Assembly: GCA_016181145.1 (NCBI GenBank)
Contig: JACOZW010000023.1
Coordinates: 1 to 48,398 of the forward strand
Direction: 5' to 3'
Length of the DNA: 48,398 bases
Source: Candidatus Yanofskybacteria bacterium
Lineage (GTDB): Bacteria; Patescibacteriota; Minisyncoccia; 2-02-FULL-40-12; GWA2-44-9
Shown here piece after piece: positions 18,012-26,151 of the stretch (position 1 is its first letter; the number at the start of each line of letters is the position of its first letter). Made by a program: the position numbers and the translations under genes. The notes below the pieces were generated by a model. It ran no database searches, was not told the origin of the DNA, and saw only the letters and a program-made list of their open reading frames with translations.

Positions 18012-19429
18012 TGTCACGACCGGATTCAAGTACCTCACTGCAAGCAGAAAAGGAGATGCTGGAAGCGTTCACTATCCAAACCCAAGAGCTGATAGCCTCG
18101 CAGGATAGATTTATCAAGGACAACTATGGCGTTAAAATAGGACTGGAATCGGAATTGGCAATTCACGGTAGGTTCGACAATACGGAATTGACTCAAAAAA
18201 GAGATGCAGTTATTGCTGATAATAAAGATTTTACAGATATTGAACTCGGAGCCAATCAGATAGAAATACGAACTCCTCCGCTGGATATCCTATCGAGTGA
18301 CGGGTTAGCCTCTCTGGATAATATATACAGAGCAAGATATAACGCAGTACTAGAGTCAGCTCGCAGGAATAAAGTAGGACTGCTCCGTATCGGCGCGAAT
18401 CCTTTCTTGCCAACGATAAATACGCCCAGAACAGATAAGCCTAAATATCGTTTAGTGCCCGATTTCTATAATCAGCACAGAGATCCAAGACTCGATACAT
18501 TCATCGGTCTTGGCAAAAGCAGAATTGATATTGGCGATGCATCTGTCGTATCCCTATTTCAATCTTTTCAGGTTAATCTAGAAGCAAAATCTCTAGACGA
18601 TGCCTGCGAAAAAATGAATAGGTCCCTAGCTATTGCTCCCTATCTTCTGGCTTTTTCCGGTAATGCCAGATATCTGAGCCATCAGGACACCAAAATCCAA
18701 GATACGCGGATGATGAGCTGGGAAATCAGCCATGACACCAGAACTTTCTATGATACCAAGTTACAAGATTTGAGAATTATATCTTGGGAAAGAAGCTTTG
18801 ATGTAAGGCCGGAAAAAAACGAAAACTGGTCTAATGAATTAAGAATCGGCCTACCGAGCAGGTATTTTAGAAATATGACCGATTACTTTCAAAGAGCCGG
18901 AACATTTCCATTTATCTTATACGCACCGGAATCTGCATTGGCAATTTCAATAGGCATGACCTGGTTGGATGCCAGAACTAAATTCATAGGAGATTCGGCG
19001 ATAGTTGAACTGCGACTGCCATCCACTCAGCCCACAATAGAAGAAGAGATGTTATTGACCCTCCTCTATATCGGCAGACTCCACTATGCCCAGACAAACC
19101 AAGAACAAATACTGCCTATAAATATGGTCAGAGAAAACAGGCTTTCGGCCATGTTATATGGATTCAAAAAGTCGATGTGGTTCTTAAGTGAAAACGGCGC
19201 CCCGATAAAACTACCGACCAAAATAGGATTGGCAAGAGAACTGGAGCTGGCTATAATCGGCTTAAATCAGTTGGGATTATCGACGGCTATAGATAAAGAG
19301 TTGCTCGATGCTGTCCTCAAAACAGACTCTCCCTCAGATAGATTAGCGAGATTTCTAGATCCAATTAATGAAGCATCAATTACTGACATGGAAGATGCTC
19401 TATCGGAAACAAAAATGTTAATTTCATAA
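18011..19429 (+). CDS. glutamate-cysteine-ligase-like carboxylate-amine ligase, paralog 3 (long form)
   Basis: ATG 18011 lies 7 nt after AAGGAGG and overlaps the upstream stop (TAATG). Motifs IGLESELAI, ELGANQIEIRTPP and AIVELRLPS are present. The track start at 17969 is rejected. Confidence 0.75.
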   Translation: MSRPDSSTSLQAEKEMLEAFTIQTQELIASQDRFIKDNYGVKIGLESELAIHGRFDNTELTQKRDAVIADNKDFTDIELGANQIEIRTPPLDILSSDGLASLDNIYRARYNAVLESARRNKVGLLRIGANPFLPTINTPRTDKPKYRLVPDFYNQHRDPRLDTFIGLGKSRIDIGDASVVSLFQSFQVNLEAKSLDDACEKMNRSLAIAPYLLAFSGNARYLSHQDTKIQDTRMMSWEISHDTRTFYDTKLQDLRIISWERSFDVRPEKNENWSNELRIGLPSRYFRNMTDYFQRAGTFPFILYAPESALAISIGMTWLDARTKFIGDSAIVELRLPSTQPTIEEEMLLTLLYIGRLHYAQTNQEQILPINMVRENRLSAMLYGFKKSMWFLSENGAPIKLPTKIGLARELELAIIGLNQLGLSTAIDKELLDAVLKTDSPSDRLARFLDPINEASITDMEDALSETKMLIS

Positions 19430-19433
19430 ATAT

Positions 19434-19487
19434 AAGCGGTTTGATATCTTCCCTCCAGAGGCGGGCAGACAGACCGCTTTTTTATTT
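19434..19487 (+). terminator. terminator of ligase sub-operon 2
   Basis: AAGCGGT (19434-19440) pairs with ACCGCTT (19473-19479) around an internal GC stem, followed by T6. Confidence 0.45.
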
Positions 19488-19512
19488 TTCAAAAATACCC
19501 ATTAAATCATAA

Positions 19513-19542
19513 TTGACATAAATCCGATATAAATGCTATAAA
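19513..19542 (+). promoter_or_regulatory. promoter of the 121-aa gene
   Basis: TTGACA (19513-19518), 18-nt spacer ending in TGc, then TATAAA (19537-19542). Confidence 0.45.
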
Positions 19543-19577
19543 ACAAGAAGTTCCTAATCCTTTCGAGGAAAAGACAC

Positions 19578-19943
19578 ATGGTAGCATTGAATTCATCGAG
19601 AATTAGCAGAATTATTGGACTACTAATCAAATACACAAATTCAGCAAGCATGCGCTGGATTTCCTCAGCCTATCCTTACCGCAAGAAGGGCATTTTACCA
19701 GAAATGGTTCCCTGCTATTCAGCTCAGCGAGGGACACTGAATATTGAAATATTTTTTAAATTCGCAGGTCACCGCCAGCCAGCGAAAGCGGTTCTTGATA
19801 TCGACGGTGTCCTATACCAGGGAACGGAGGTTGATGAACTTACGGATGCAGTAATAAAGAGCATGTCACAGTCGCTGAAAAATACTCTGGATCATGCCGA
19901 TATTATCTACAACGAAGAACTTATGAAAAAACTCGAGGCCTGA
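19578..19943 (+). CDS. hypothetical 121-aa protein
   Basis: GAGGA about 9 nt upstream of the ATG, with its own promoter and terminator. No recognisable motif. Confidence 0.55.
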   Translation: MVALNSSRISRIIGLLIKYTNSASMRWISSAYPYRKKGILPEMVPCYSAQRGTLNIEIFFKFAGHRQPAKAVLDIDGVLYQGTEVDELTDAVIKSMSQSLKNTLDHADIIYNEELMKKLEA

Positions 19944-19957
19944 TAAGCCTCGTTTTT
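19934..19957. terminator. bidirectional terminator (121-aa gene / holB)
   Basis: CGAGGC-CTGATAA-GCCTCG followed by T5. The hairpin contains the TGA stop. Confidence 0.6.
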
Positions 19958-19959
19958 AA

Positions 19960-20808
19960 TTACAAATTTATGAGAAAATTCTCAAGTGCCAAACGATGGT
20001 TGAACTGAGGCTGAGAAACGAGATAATTTAATTCCAGGAGATTTCTGACAATTCTCGTATTTTTTGGAGAGTTATTCAGATTGGCATAAAGCCAATTAAG
20101 CCAATAGCCGACTGTCTGCACATAAGTCTTATTTTCGTGTACTATCTTGGCGTAATCTATCTTCTCAGAAATTCCCCTACTCAACAGCTTTCTTAAATCC
20201 TCAACTGCAATTTTAGCAGAATCCAGTCCGTCATCTCGGAGTAAGCGCTCGATAAGCCCAAGTCTGCCGAAAGAAATTTTAATTAAAAAGTCTTCATCTT
20301 GTTTATTCAAATTCTTGCTCCTCAAAAATTCCGCAACCTCGGCAGGCTGAGCCGGCAAAAATGTTACTTCCTCACAACGCGACAAAATAGTGCTAGGCAA
20401 GCTTTTTGGCATATGAGTTATCAGGAATAATATAGAGAAGGCAGAAGGTTCTTCAAGAGCTTTTAGTAATGCATTGGATGCCTCATTAGTTAAGCGATGA
20501 GCATCATCAATTACTACAACTTTCTGCGGCCCAGAATAGGGCTTATACGATAGGAATTTTTTAATATCCCTGATATCCTCGATGTAGAGCTTAGTCTCAC
20601 CATCTTCTACTTTGGGCGTAATTAATTTAAAATCAGGGTCATTTTCTGAACTGCGACCATTTAATTTCTCATATAAATCTATCGTAAAGAGTTTTTTACC
20701 AATCATCTCCGGACCGCTAAGCAGATATGCGTGCGACAAAAAATCATTCTTAACAATGTTGGAAAAGTATTTTTTCTGTTTGTTGTGCCCGATAATGCTG
20801 GAGTTCAA
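19960..20808 (-). CDS. holB: DNA polymerase III delta-prime subunit
   Basis: HAYLLSGPEMIGKK, VVVIDDAHRLT and ALLKALEEP, a clamp-loader AAA+ pattern. Confidence 0.85.
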   Translation of the reverse strand: MNSSIIGHNKQKKYFSNIVKNDFLSHAYLLSGPEMIGKKLFTIDLYEKLNGRSSENDPDFKLITPKVEDGETKLYIEDIRDIKKFLSYKPYSGPQKVVVIDDAHRLTNEASNALLKALEEPSAFSILFLITHMPKSLPSTILSRCEEVTFLPAQPAEVAEFLRSKNLNKQDEDFLIKISFGRLGLIERLLRDDGLDSAKIAVEDLRKLLSRGISEKIDYAKIVHENKTYVQTVGYWLNWLYANLNNSPKNTRIVRNLLELNYLVSQPQFNHRLALENFLINL

Positions 20809-21938
20809 ATTTTTAAAGTTTTAAATATTGTTTCGGATATTATATTCGCAGCTAAGGGAGTAGCAAAAGTTTTGATTCTTTCACTAATCCTAGCATATTG
20901 TTCAGGATTTAATAAAATATCCAATTCGCGCAGAAGGCTTTCTCTATTAAGGTTTGCCTCCTCCATAAGATACCCCCCGAAAAGGCTGAATTCAAACGCA
21001 TTCATATACTGATGATTGGATGAGGATTGAGTTATCGGAATAATAATAGCCGGTTTCCCCAATTGAGCAATCTCAAAAAGAAATGCCGCTCCGGCTCGTG
21101 AAATAATTACATCCGCGATTGAAAAGGCCAAGTTTAGCTGATTCTCATTAAAATATGGGTAGTAGCGATAATATGCTTTAATCGGCGAAGAATATTGCTG
21201 AGCCCCTTCTTTAAGAATGGTTTCTACGGCACTATGAACAGACGGGTACTGGCTTTCTCCGCATTGATGAATGATGTTAAATTTTTGAGCCATAACCACA
21301 AGACCTGAAGTTATAGTTTCATTGATAATTTTTGCTCCTTGGCTTCCTCCAAGAACAAGTATTGTTGGCCTGACTTCATGCAGATCAAAATATTCCCTGG
21401 CAGCATTTATATCTTCCCTAAATACACGGGTTGGGTTACCAGAAAAAATAACCTTTGAGCTCTTGAAATATCTCTCGGCAGTTTTAAATGACAGAAAAAC
21501 AGTTGATGCCATATTGCCTATAATCTTGTTAGCTAGGCCCGGTATCGAATCGGATTCATGCACGAACACAGGTATAAAGAAAAGGCGGGCAACAATGGCC
21601 GGGGCAACCGAACCATACCCGCCCTTAGAAAAAACCGCATCGGGCATAAACAAGAAGATATACCACAGCGATTGGATAAAACCCAGCGGGATTTTAAAGA
21701 GATCAAAAAAAGTTGCTATACTGATATATCTCCTGAGCTTGCCTGCGAGTATTCTTTTATACGGAATTTCACTCTCATTAGCTGCCATCTTGATAAAATT
21801 TCCCTCCCCCAACATCAGCAACTTAAGCCTGATATTCTTAGTAGATGCCTGATTTTGAAGTGATCTGGCAACAGCAACAAGCGGATAGGTATGTCCGCCT
21901 GAACCGCCACCAATTAATAAGATACGGAGTTCTGTCAA
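20805..21938 (-). CDS. murG: undecaprenyl-PP-MurNAc-pentapeptide GlcNAc transferase
   Basis: GGGSGGHTYPLVAV G-loop, LGGSQGA, and a C-terminal Rossmann half. Confidence 0.9.
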   Translation of the reverse strand: MTELRILLIGGGSGGHTYPLVAVARSLQNQASTKNIRLKLLMLGEGNFIKMAANESEIPYKRILAGKLRRYISIATFFDLFKIPLGFIQSLWYIFLFMPDAVFSKGGYGSVAPAIVARLFFIPVFVHESDSIPGLANKIIGNMASTVFLSFKTAERYFKSSKVIFSGNPTRVFREDINAAREYFDLHEVRPTILVLGGSQGAKIINETITSGLVVMAQKFNIIHQCGESQYPSVHSAVETILKEGAQQYSSPIKAYYRYYPYFNENQLNLAFSIADVIISRAGAAFLFEIAQLGKPAIIIPITQSSSNHQYMNAFEFSLFGGYLMEEANLNRESLLRELDILLNPEQYARISERIKTFATPLAANIISETIFKTLKI

Positions 21939-21952
21939 GGTAGTATTAAGTA

Positions 21953-22489
21953 TTAAGGTTGAAGAATAGTTTTTGAATCTCCGTCAACTGATATAATCAC
22001 TTCTTTGATTTCGGGGAATTGCTTTAGCGTTTCCTCTATTTGAGAACGGATTGTCTGAACCCGACAAGAACCAGCTACACCCCTATTGAATTCTTCGTCA
22101 AACTCAACATTAGCAACTCCTTCTACGATAGAAATTTTTTGAACCTTAGCTCCTAGATTAATCGAAGTAAAAAAACCTTGGGCCTTATCTGCCTCGGTAG
22201 GTCCTTTCAATAACTCCTTAATCGCAATATAAGCAATCTCTCCGAGGCGATTCTCTGAATTATTAGTCGACATAGATATCTCTCTTGAGGCGGGGTAGGT
22301 TTTTTCACAGCTCAGATTGTCGGAATCTTGTACCTTATTCGGAAAAAATACTTTAACCCCAGAGTACTGAGGGCTAATCCTCGGAACAGGCTCGACTATA
22401 TCGCTTCTACCGACAAACCAACTCACAAAAAGAGTAAGGAGAGCTATATCGATAGCTAAAGATATAAGAGAAATTTGGTAGGGTTTCAT
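21953..22489 (-). CDS. membrane-anchored GerMN-domain protein
   Basis: N-terminal TM segment. The C-terminal region (GFFTSI...VANVEF...SQIEETLKQFPEIKEV) resembles GerM-type domains. Confidence 0.65.
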   Translation of the reverse strand: MKPYQISLISLAIDIALLTLFVSWFVGRSDIVEPVPRISPQYSGVKVFFPNKVQDSDNLSCEKTYPASREISMSTNNSENRLGEIAYIAIKELLKGPTEADKAQGFFTSINLGAKVQKISIVEGVANVEFDEEFNRGVAGSCRVQTIRSQIEETLKQFPEIKEVIISVDGDSKTILQP

Positions 22490-22560
22490 CCCGTTAGAAG
22501 TAGCCCCGCCAAGGTCCTCCGGACTCGCGCCTAGGGCGCGAGCGAGACTTCTAACGGGAT
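22488..22560. repeat. 73-bp GC-rich element with 14-bp terminal inverted repeats ATCCCGTTAGAAGT / ACTTCTAACGGGAT
   Basis: Perfect terminal inverted repeat plus an inner 8-bp palindrome CTCGCGCC/GGCGCGAG. The left terminus overlaps the start codon of 21953..22489. Confidence 0.8.
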
Positions 22561-22567
22561 TAATTCA

Positions 22568-22822
22568 TTATATCACTACTCCTTCATGGCCTAAAATCTC
22601 TCTCTTCTTTTTTATTCCCCTATTATAACCTCCTATCCCGCCATCGCTTCTTATCACTCTATGGCAAGGGATGTCGGAATTATAGTTCTTGTTTAAAATA
22701 TTTCCTACCGCCCGATAGGCCTTAGGTCTTCCGGCTAACCTTGCCACCTCCTTATAGGTTAAGGTCTTGCCCCTAGGTATTCCCTCGACTATCGCATTTA
22801 CTTTTTCATTAAATTTAGTCAT
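22568..22822 (-). CDS. MGMT-family DNA-binding/active-site domain protein (84 aa)
   Basis: IPCHRVIRSDGGIGGY (PCHR active-site motif) preceded by a helix-turn-helix segment. Confidence 0.8.
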   Translation of the reverse strand: MTKFNEKVNAIVEGIPRGKTLTYKEVARLAGRPKAYRAVGNILNKNYNSDIPCHRVIRSDGGIGGYNRGIKKKREILGHEGVVI

Positions 22823-23166
22823 TATTTAATCCCTGTCCCCGAGACAACCTCTGATTCCGGCGCAATTAATACCGGACCCAGCTCGTCAGAAGCAGCTAAA
22901 AGCATACCTTGACTTTCATAGCCCATAAGCTTTCTCGGTTCCAGATTAGCGACAATTACTATTTGTTTTCCGATTAAAATCTCAGGGGTATAGATCGTGC
23001 CTATGCCGGCTATCAGCTGCCGCTGACCTCCGCCAGCTGGCGGATCGCCGACATCAATTTTAAGTTTTACTAACTTATCAGAACCATCAACTCTCACCGC
23101 CTCCAAAATTTTGGCAACCCGCAGGTCTATCTTTTTAAAATCGTCGTAAGTTATTGTTTCAGACAT
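22822..23166 (-). CDS. tRNA-binding domain protein (CsaA/Trbp111-like)
   Basis: DFKKIDLRVAKI...KLKIDVG...VANLEPRKLMGYESQGMLLAA, an OB-fold tRNA-binding signature. Confidence 0.85.
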   Translation of the reverse strand: MSETITYDDFKKIDLRVAKILEAVRVDGSDKLVKLKIDVGDPPAGGGQRQLIAGIGTIYTPEILIGKQIVIVANLEPRKLMGYESQGMLLAASDELGPVLIAPESEVVSGTGIK

Positions 23167-23767
23167 TTTCCAAAAAATGTTTTCTAAATTCCGGCCATGA
23201 CTTAATTTTTATGTAATGGCCGGCCTTTTCAAAAACATCAAATTGATCAAATAAATATTTATTTTTAACGCTTGAAAGGGCATTAATAATTTTTAACTCA
23301 TCGTCAATATAGTGGGTAACGCCCAGTTGAGCAGCCTGAAAATTCTTGTCTTCGGGATGCGCTACAAAAAATGAATTTTTATCATTAAAATACTTGGGCC
23401 AAAGCAGGTGCTTTTTCAAAATTTTTATAGCCACTTCCGGTATTTTACGGCGTGAAATAAGAAACATGGGAATATTTTTTTTACTCAAATCCGCCATAGT
23501 TGTCTTAATCCCTCTCATTAGCGGCGTAGATAAAGCAACATCATGATCATCGTAAAGAATGCCCTGAAGCTTTTCTAATATGTTCTGGGGGAGAACAGTT
23601 CTTATTACCTCAGATGGGGTATGATGCGGTTTAATATCGAAACCAAGACTCTTGGCAATTCTGACCTTAGAATCGGCATTATCCAAGATTACCCCGTCCA
23701 TATCGAAACCCACTGCTACTTTATTATTCACATTGAACTTATTCATAATATTAATTATACTAATCAA
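23159..23767 (-). CDS. HAD-superfamily hydrolase (nucleotidase-like)
   Basis: Motif I in VGFDMDGVILDN and a late acidic motif YIDDE. Confidence 0.6.
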   Translation of the reverse strand: MISIINIMNKFNVNNKVAVGFDMDGVILDNADSKVRIAKSLGFDIKPHHTPSEVIRTVLPQNILEKLQGILYDDHDVALSTPLMRGIKTTMADLSKKNIPMFLISRRKIPEVAIKILKKHLLWPKYFNDKNSFFVAHPEDKNFQAAQLGVTHYIDDELKIINALSSVKNKYLFDQFDVFEKAGHYIKIKSWPEFRKHFLENV

Positions 23768-23797
23768 ACTTCAGTATTTTTACAAATAGGTCACAGT

Positions 23798-24496
23798 ATG
23801 GCTCAATGGCATATAGATTCACGAGAATATCTAACTCGACTTGGGCTTGATAAATTAAATTTTGAAAAACATCTAAACCTACCTGATGTCGTAAACCTTG
23901 AACTAGTAGTGCCTCTTCGAGATATGGCGGTGATTCAATCCGTAGTTCCGATAGATTCTAAGCTACTAGCCTATCTAATAACACGAATTCGAACCTTCGA
24001 CGGAAGACTACCATTTCAAAATTCTGAAATAAGTCAGGTGGTCACCAATACTCGCCAATTAAAAATTGGACAAAGATATGTCTACAGAGAGAGTTACCAA
24101 GCTCTCCTAGAATTTGGAGCTACTAAATTATTTGAACCGTTCTTAGGCGAATGGGCGGGGTTAGGAAACCTAGGAGCTTATTTCGTATTCGGATTAAATC
24201 GAACGTCCAATTATTCAATGGCTTGCTACATACCGCCTATAATCGAAGTCCATGGATCAAAGTCTCTTATCATGGACGGTATTCACCGTAATTATATTGC
24301 TCGCCAAAGCGGTCTTTCAACAATTAATGCCATTTTAGTTCAAAATATAGAGGTACCTTTCCCTTGCGCAACACAAGGCTGGGAAGAAATTAAAGTAATT
24401 CCCTTAGCTAACAAGCCAGAAAATTTAGAAGATAGGTATTTCTCATTACAAAAAAACTTATTCCGCGATCTTAAATATCTTGGAATAGACGGCTAA
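23798..24496 (+). CDS. ParB/sulfiredoxin-fold domain protein with an unknown N-terminal half
   Basis: PPIIEVHGSKSLIMDGIHRNYIARQSG (DGxHR-type motif). Start moved to ATG 23798 because the track start 23621 overlaps the HAD gene. Confidence 0.55.
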   Translation: MAQWHIDSREYLTRLGLDKLNFEKHLNLPDVVNLELVVPLRDMAVIQSVVPIDSKLLAYLITRIRTFDGRLPFQNSEISQVVTNTRQLKIGQRYVYRESYQALLEFGATKLFEPFLGEWAGLGNLGAYFVFGLNRTSNYSMACYIPPIIEVHGSKSLIMDGIHRNYIARQSGLSTINAILVQNIEVPFPCATQGWEEIKVIPLANKPENLEDRYFSLQKNLFRDLKYLGIDG

Positions 24497-24530
24497 AATC
24501 AAAACCCTCACAATGAGGGTTTTTAATTAA
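24497..24530 (+). terminator. terminator module, copy 1
   Basis: AAAATCAAAACCCTC-ACAAT-GAGGGTTTTTAATTAA. Confidence 0.7.
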
Positions 24531-24650
24531 CGCGTCCAATTATCTCAGTGTCGATCCCGAGGAATTCGGATAGATTGTTATCAACATTGAGCTTATCTAT
24601 GGCTTTATTTATACTTAGTCGTAATAAAGTTATTTCACAAATAGGAAATC

Positions 24651-25382
24651 ATGGCCGAGCGAGATAATAATGAACAGCTTTTTGAAGAAAAGGCTAAAAA
24701 TATACTTGCACACTTAAAAACTCAGCTACGCTACGGAAATGGATTTTTACCCCGTCCGTTCATGATAGAATTTACCGGACCGCCTTCGTCCGGCAAAACC
24801 ACGACTATCAGGGAATTGTATGATTTCCTTCGACCGCTTGGATTCGTTGTCTGGAGACCCCAGGAAGGAGCTGAATATATCCAGAACATACCCAGAACTA
24901 CACCGCTCTATAACGTCGCTACCGGACTTTATGCGCTTGATAAGCTCATCCACGAGAGTTTTGGCCATAAATACGACATTATTCTTTTTGACAGAGCTGT
25001 CTATGATGCCTACTGCTGGATGGAGTATTGGGTTGAAAAAAATCAGCTATCGCCGGGGGATAAATATGTCTGGCAATCATTTTTTACCTCCAAACAATTC
25101 TTGGAAAAATTAGACCTCGCTTATTTTATGATCTGTGACCCTGAAGTTGCAATGAAAAGACAACTTAGAATTGCTATCAGTAAAAGACCAAGAGAAACAA
25201 CTAACCCGGCCAGCATCGAACAAAAAAATAAAATCTGGCAACGGGCTCATAGCTTTCACTCAGCATTTCGCACTAATATCCGCTTAGTAAACACGACTAA
25301 CATGGGAGAGCAGGAAATGGTTGATTATTTCACTAACGATATCCTTACTGTTCTTGAATCAAAATCAAAACCCTCGCAATGA
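24651..25382 (+). CDS. P-loop kinase, deoxynucleoside/nucleotide-kinase-like
   Basis: FTGPPSSGKTT Walker A, LFDRAVYD (a DRS-like motif) and a basic lid KRQLRIAISKRPRE. Confidence 0.6.
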   Translation: MAERDNNEQLFEEKAKNILAHLKTQLRYGNGFLPRPFMIEFTGPPSSGKTTTIRELYDFLRPLGFVVWRPQEGAEYIQNIPRTTPLYNVATGLYALDKLIHESFGHKYDIILFDRAVYDAYCWMEYWVEKNQLSPGDKYVWQSFFTSKQFLEKLDLAYFMICDPEVAMKRQLRIAISKRPRETTNPASIEQKNKIWQRAHSFHSAFRTNIRLVNTTNMGEQEMVDYFTNDILTVLESKSKPSQ

Positions 25383-25396
25383 GGGTTTTTAATTAA
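25361..25396 (+). terminator. terminator module, copy 2 (overlaps the last codons of the kinase gene)
   Basis: AAAATCAAAACCCTC-GCAAT-GAGGGTTTTTAATTAA. It differs from copy 1 at one loop base. Confidence 0.7.
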
Positions 25397-25433
25397 AGTC
25401 TACAAACTACTAATTCAAACGCACGCCGGAAAA

Positions 25434-26150
25434 CTATTGAGATCCGCTCTCGGCCTGGAATGCTGCTCCAAGACAAGTAACAAGCTCCTCGGTCGGCACC
25501 CAGCCGCATTTTCCATCTTCTTGGCGTCCGCATTTAGCATTCTTATAGCAGGCATATTCCGACTTAAACTCACAGCTCGTAATAACATCTTCCTCGGCAC
25601 ATACCTGACCGGAACAGCCGGTAATTTTACATCCGCCGGAACCGGAGGCTGAGTCCGAGGACCAACCCGCCTCGCCGGCAGGCAGATTAGCCGGATCAAA
25701 ACGGATAGGAATCCTTAACTCGGCATCATTTTCAGGCAACCCTGACGGATTGTCTTTCTGAAGAACCAGCGTCCCCGCCTCAGTAGCGGGTTTTTTAAAT
25801 CTTAAAACTGCCTCAAATGGTACAAACTCATCGGTCATCCATTCGTCTTGAGCCTGAGCCGGAATTACACCCAACTCAACGCCATCGGCATCATATATCC
25901 TAACCGGGAAAGATGCTTCAAAATACCAATATCCTCTAGCCTCGCCCTTAACCGTCAAGGGGCTGGAAATTAACTGGCCAGGTTCTGGCTTCTCAAGGCG
26001 AATCAAATTATCAATACCAGACCGAACGGTCATAGTCGGACTTACTGTCGGAGCGCTCATTCTAAAATTATCCATCACGTCACGGCCAAGAAAGAAAATG
26101 ACAGACAAACCCGCGGCCAAAATACCCAGAAACAATATAATTTTTTTCAT
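25434..26150 (-). CDS. secreted Gmad2-type Ig-like domain protein with a Cys-rich C-terminal extension
   Basis: Signal/TM segment MKKIILFLGILAAGLSVIFFLG. PLTVKGEARGYWYFEASFPVRIYDADG. C-terminal 70 aa carry 10 Cys. Confidence 0.65.
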   Translation of the reverse strand: MKKIILFLGILAAGLSVIFFLGRDVMDNFRMSAPTVSPTMTVRSGIDNLIRLEKPEPGQLISSPLTVKGEARGYWYFEASFPVRIYDADGVELGVIPAQAQDEWMTDEFVPFEAVLRFKKPATEAGTLVLQKDNPSGLPENDAELRIPIRFDPANLPAGEAGWSSDSASGSGGCKITGCSGQVCAEEDVITSCEFKSEYACYKNAKCGRQEDGKCGWVPTEELVTCLGAAFQAESGSQ

Positions 26151-26151
26151 T

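Noticed and set aside
23621-23797. An N-terminal extension of the ParB-like ORF.
   Set aside because: It overlaps the convergent or divergent HAD gene start region on the other strand by about 150 nt. The first Met after the overlap (23798) gives a clean intergenic spacer.
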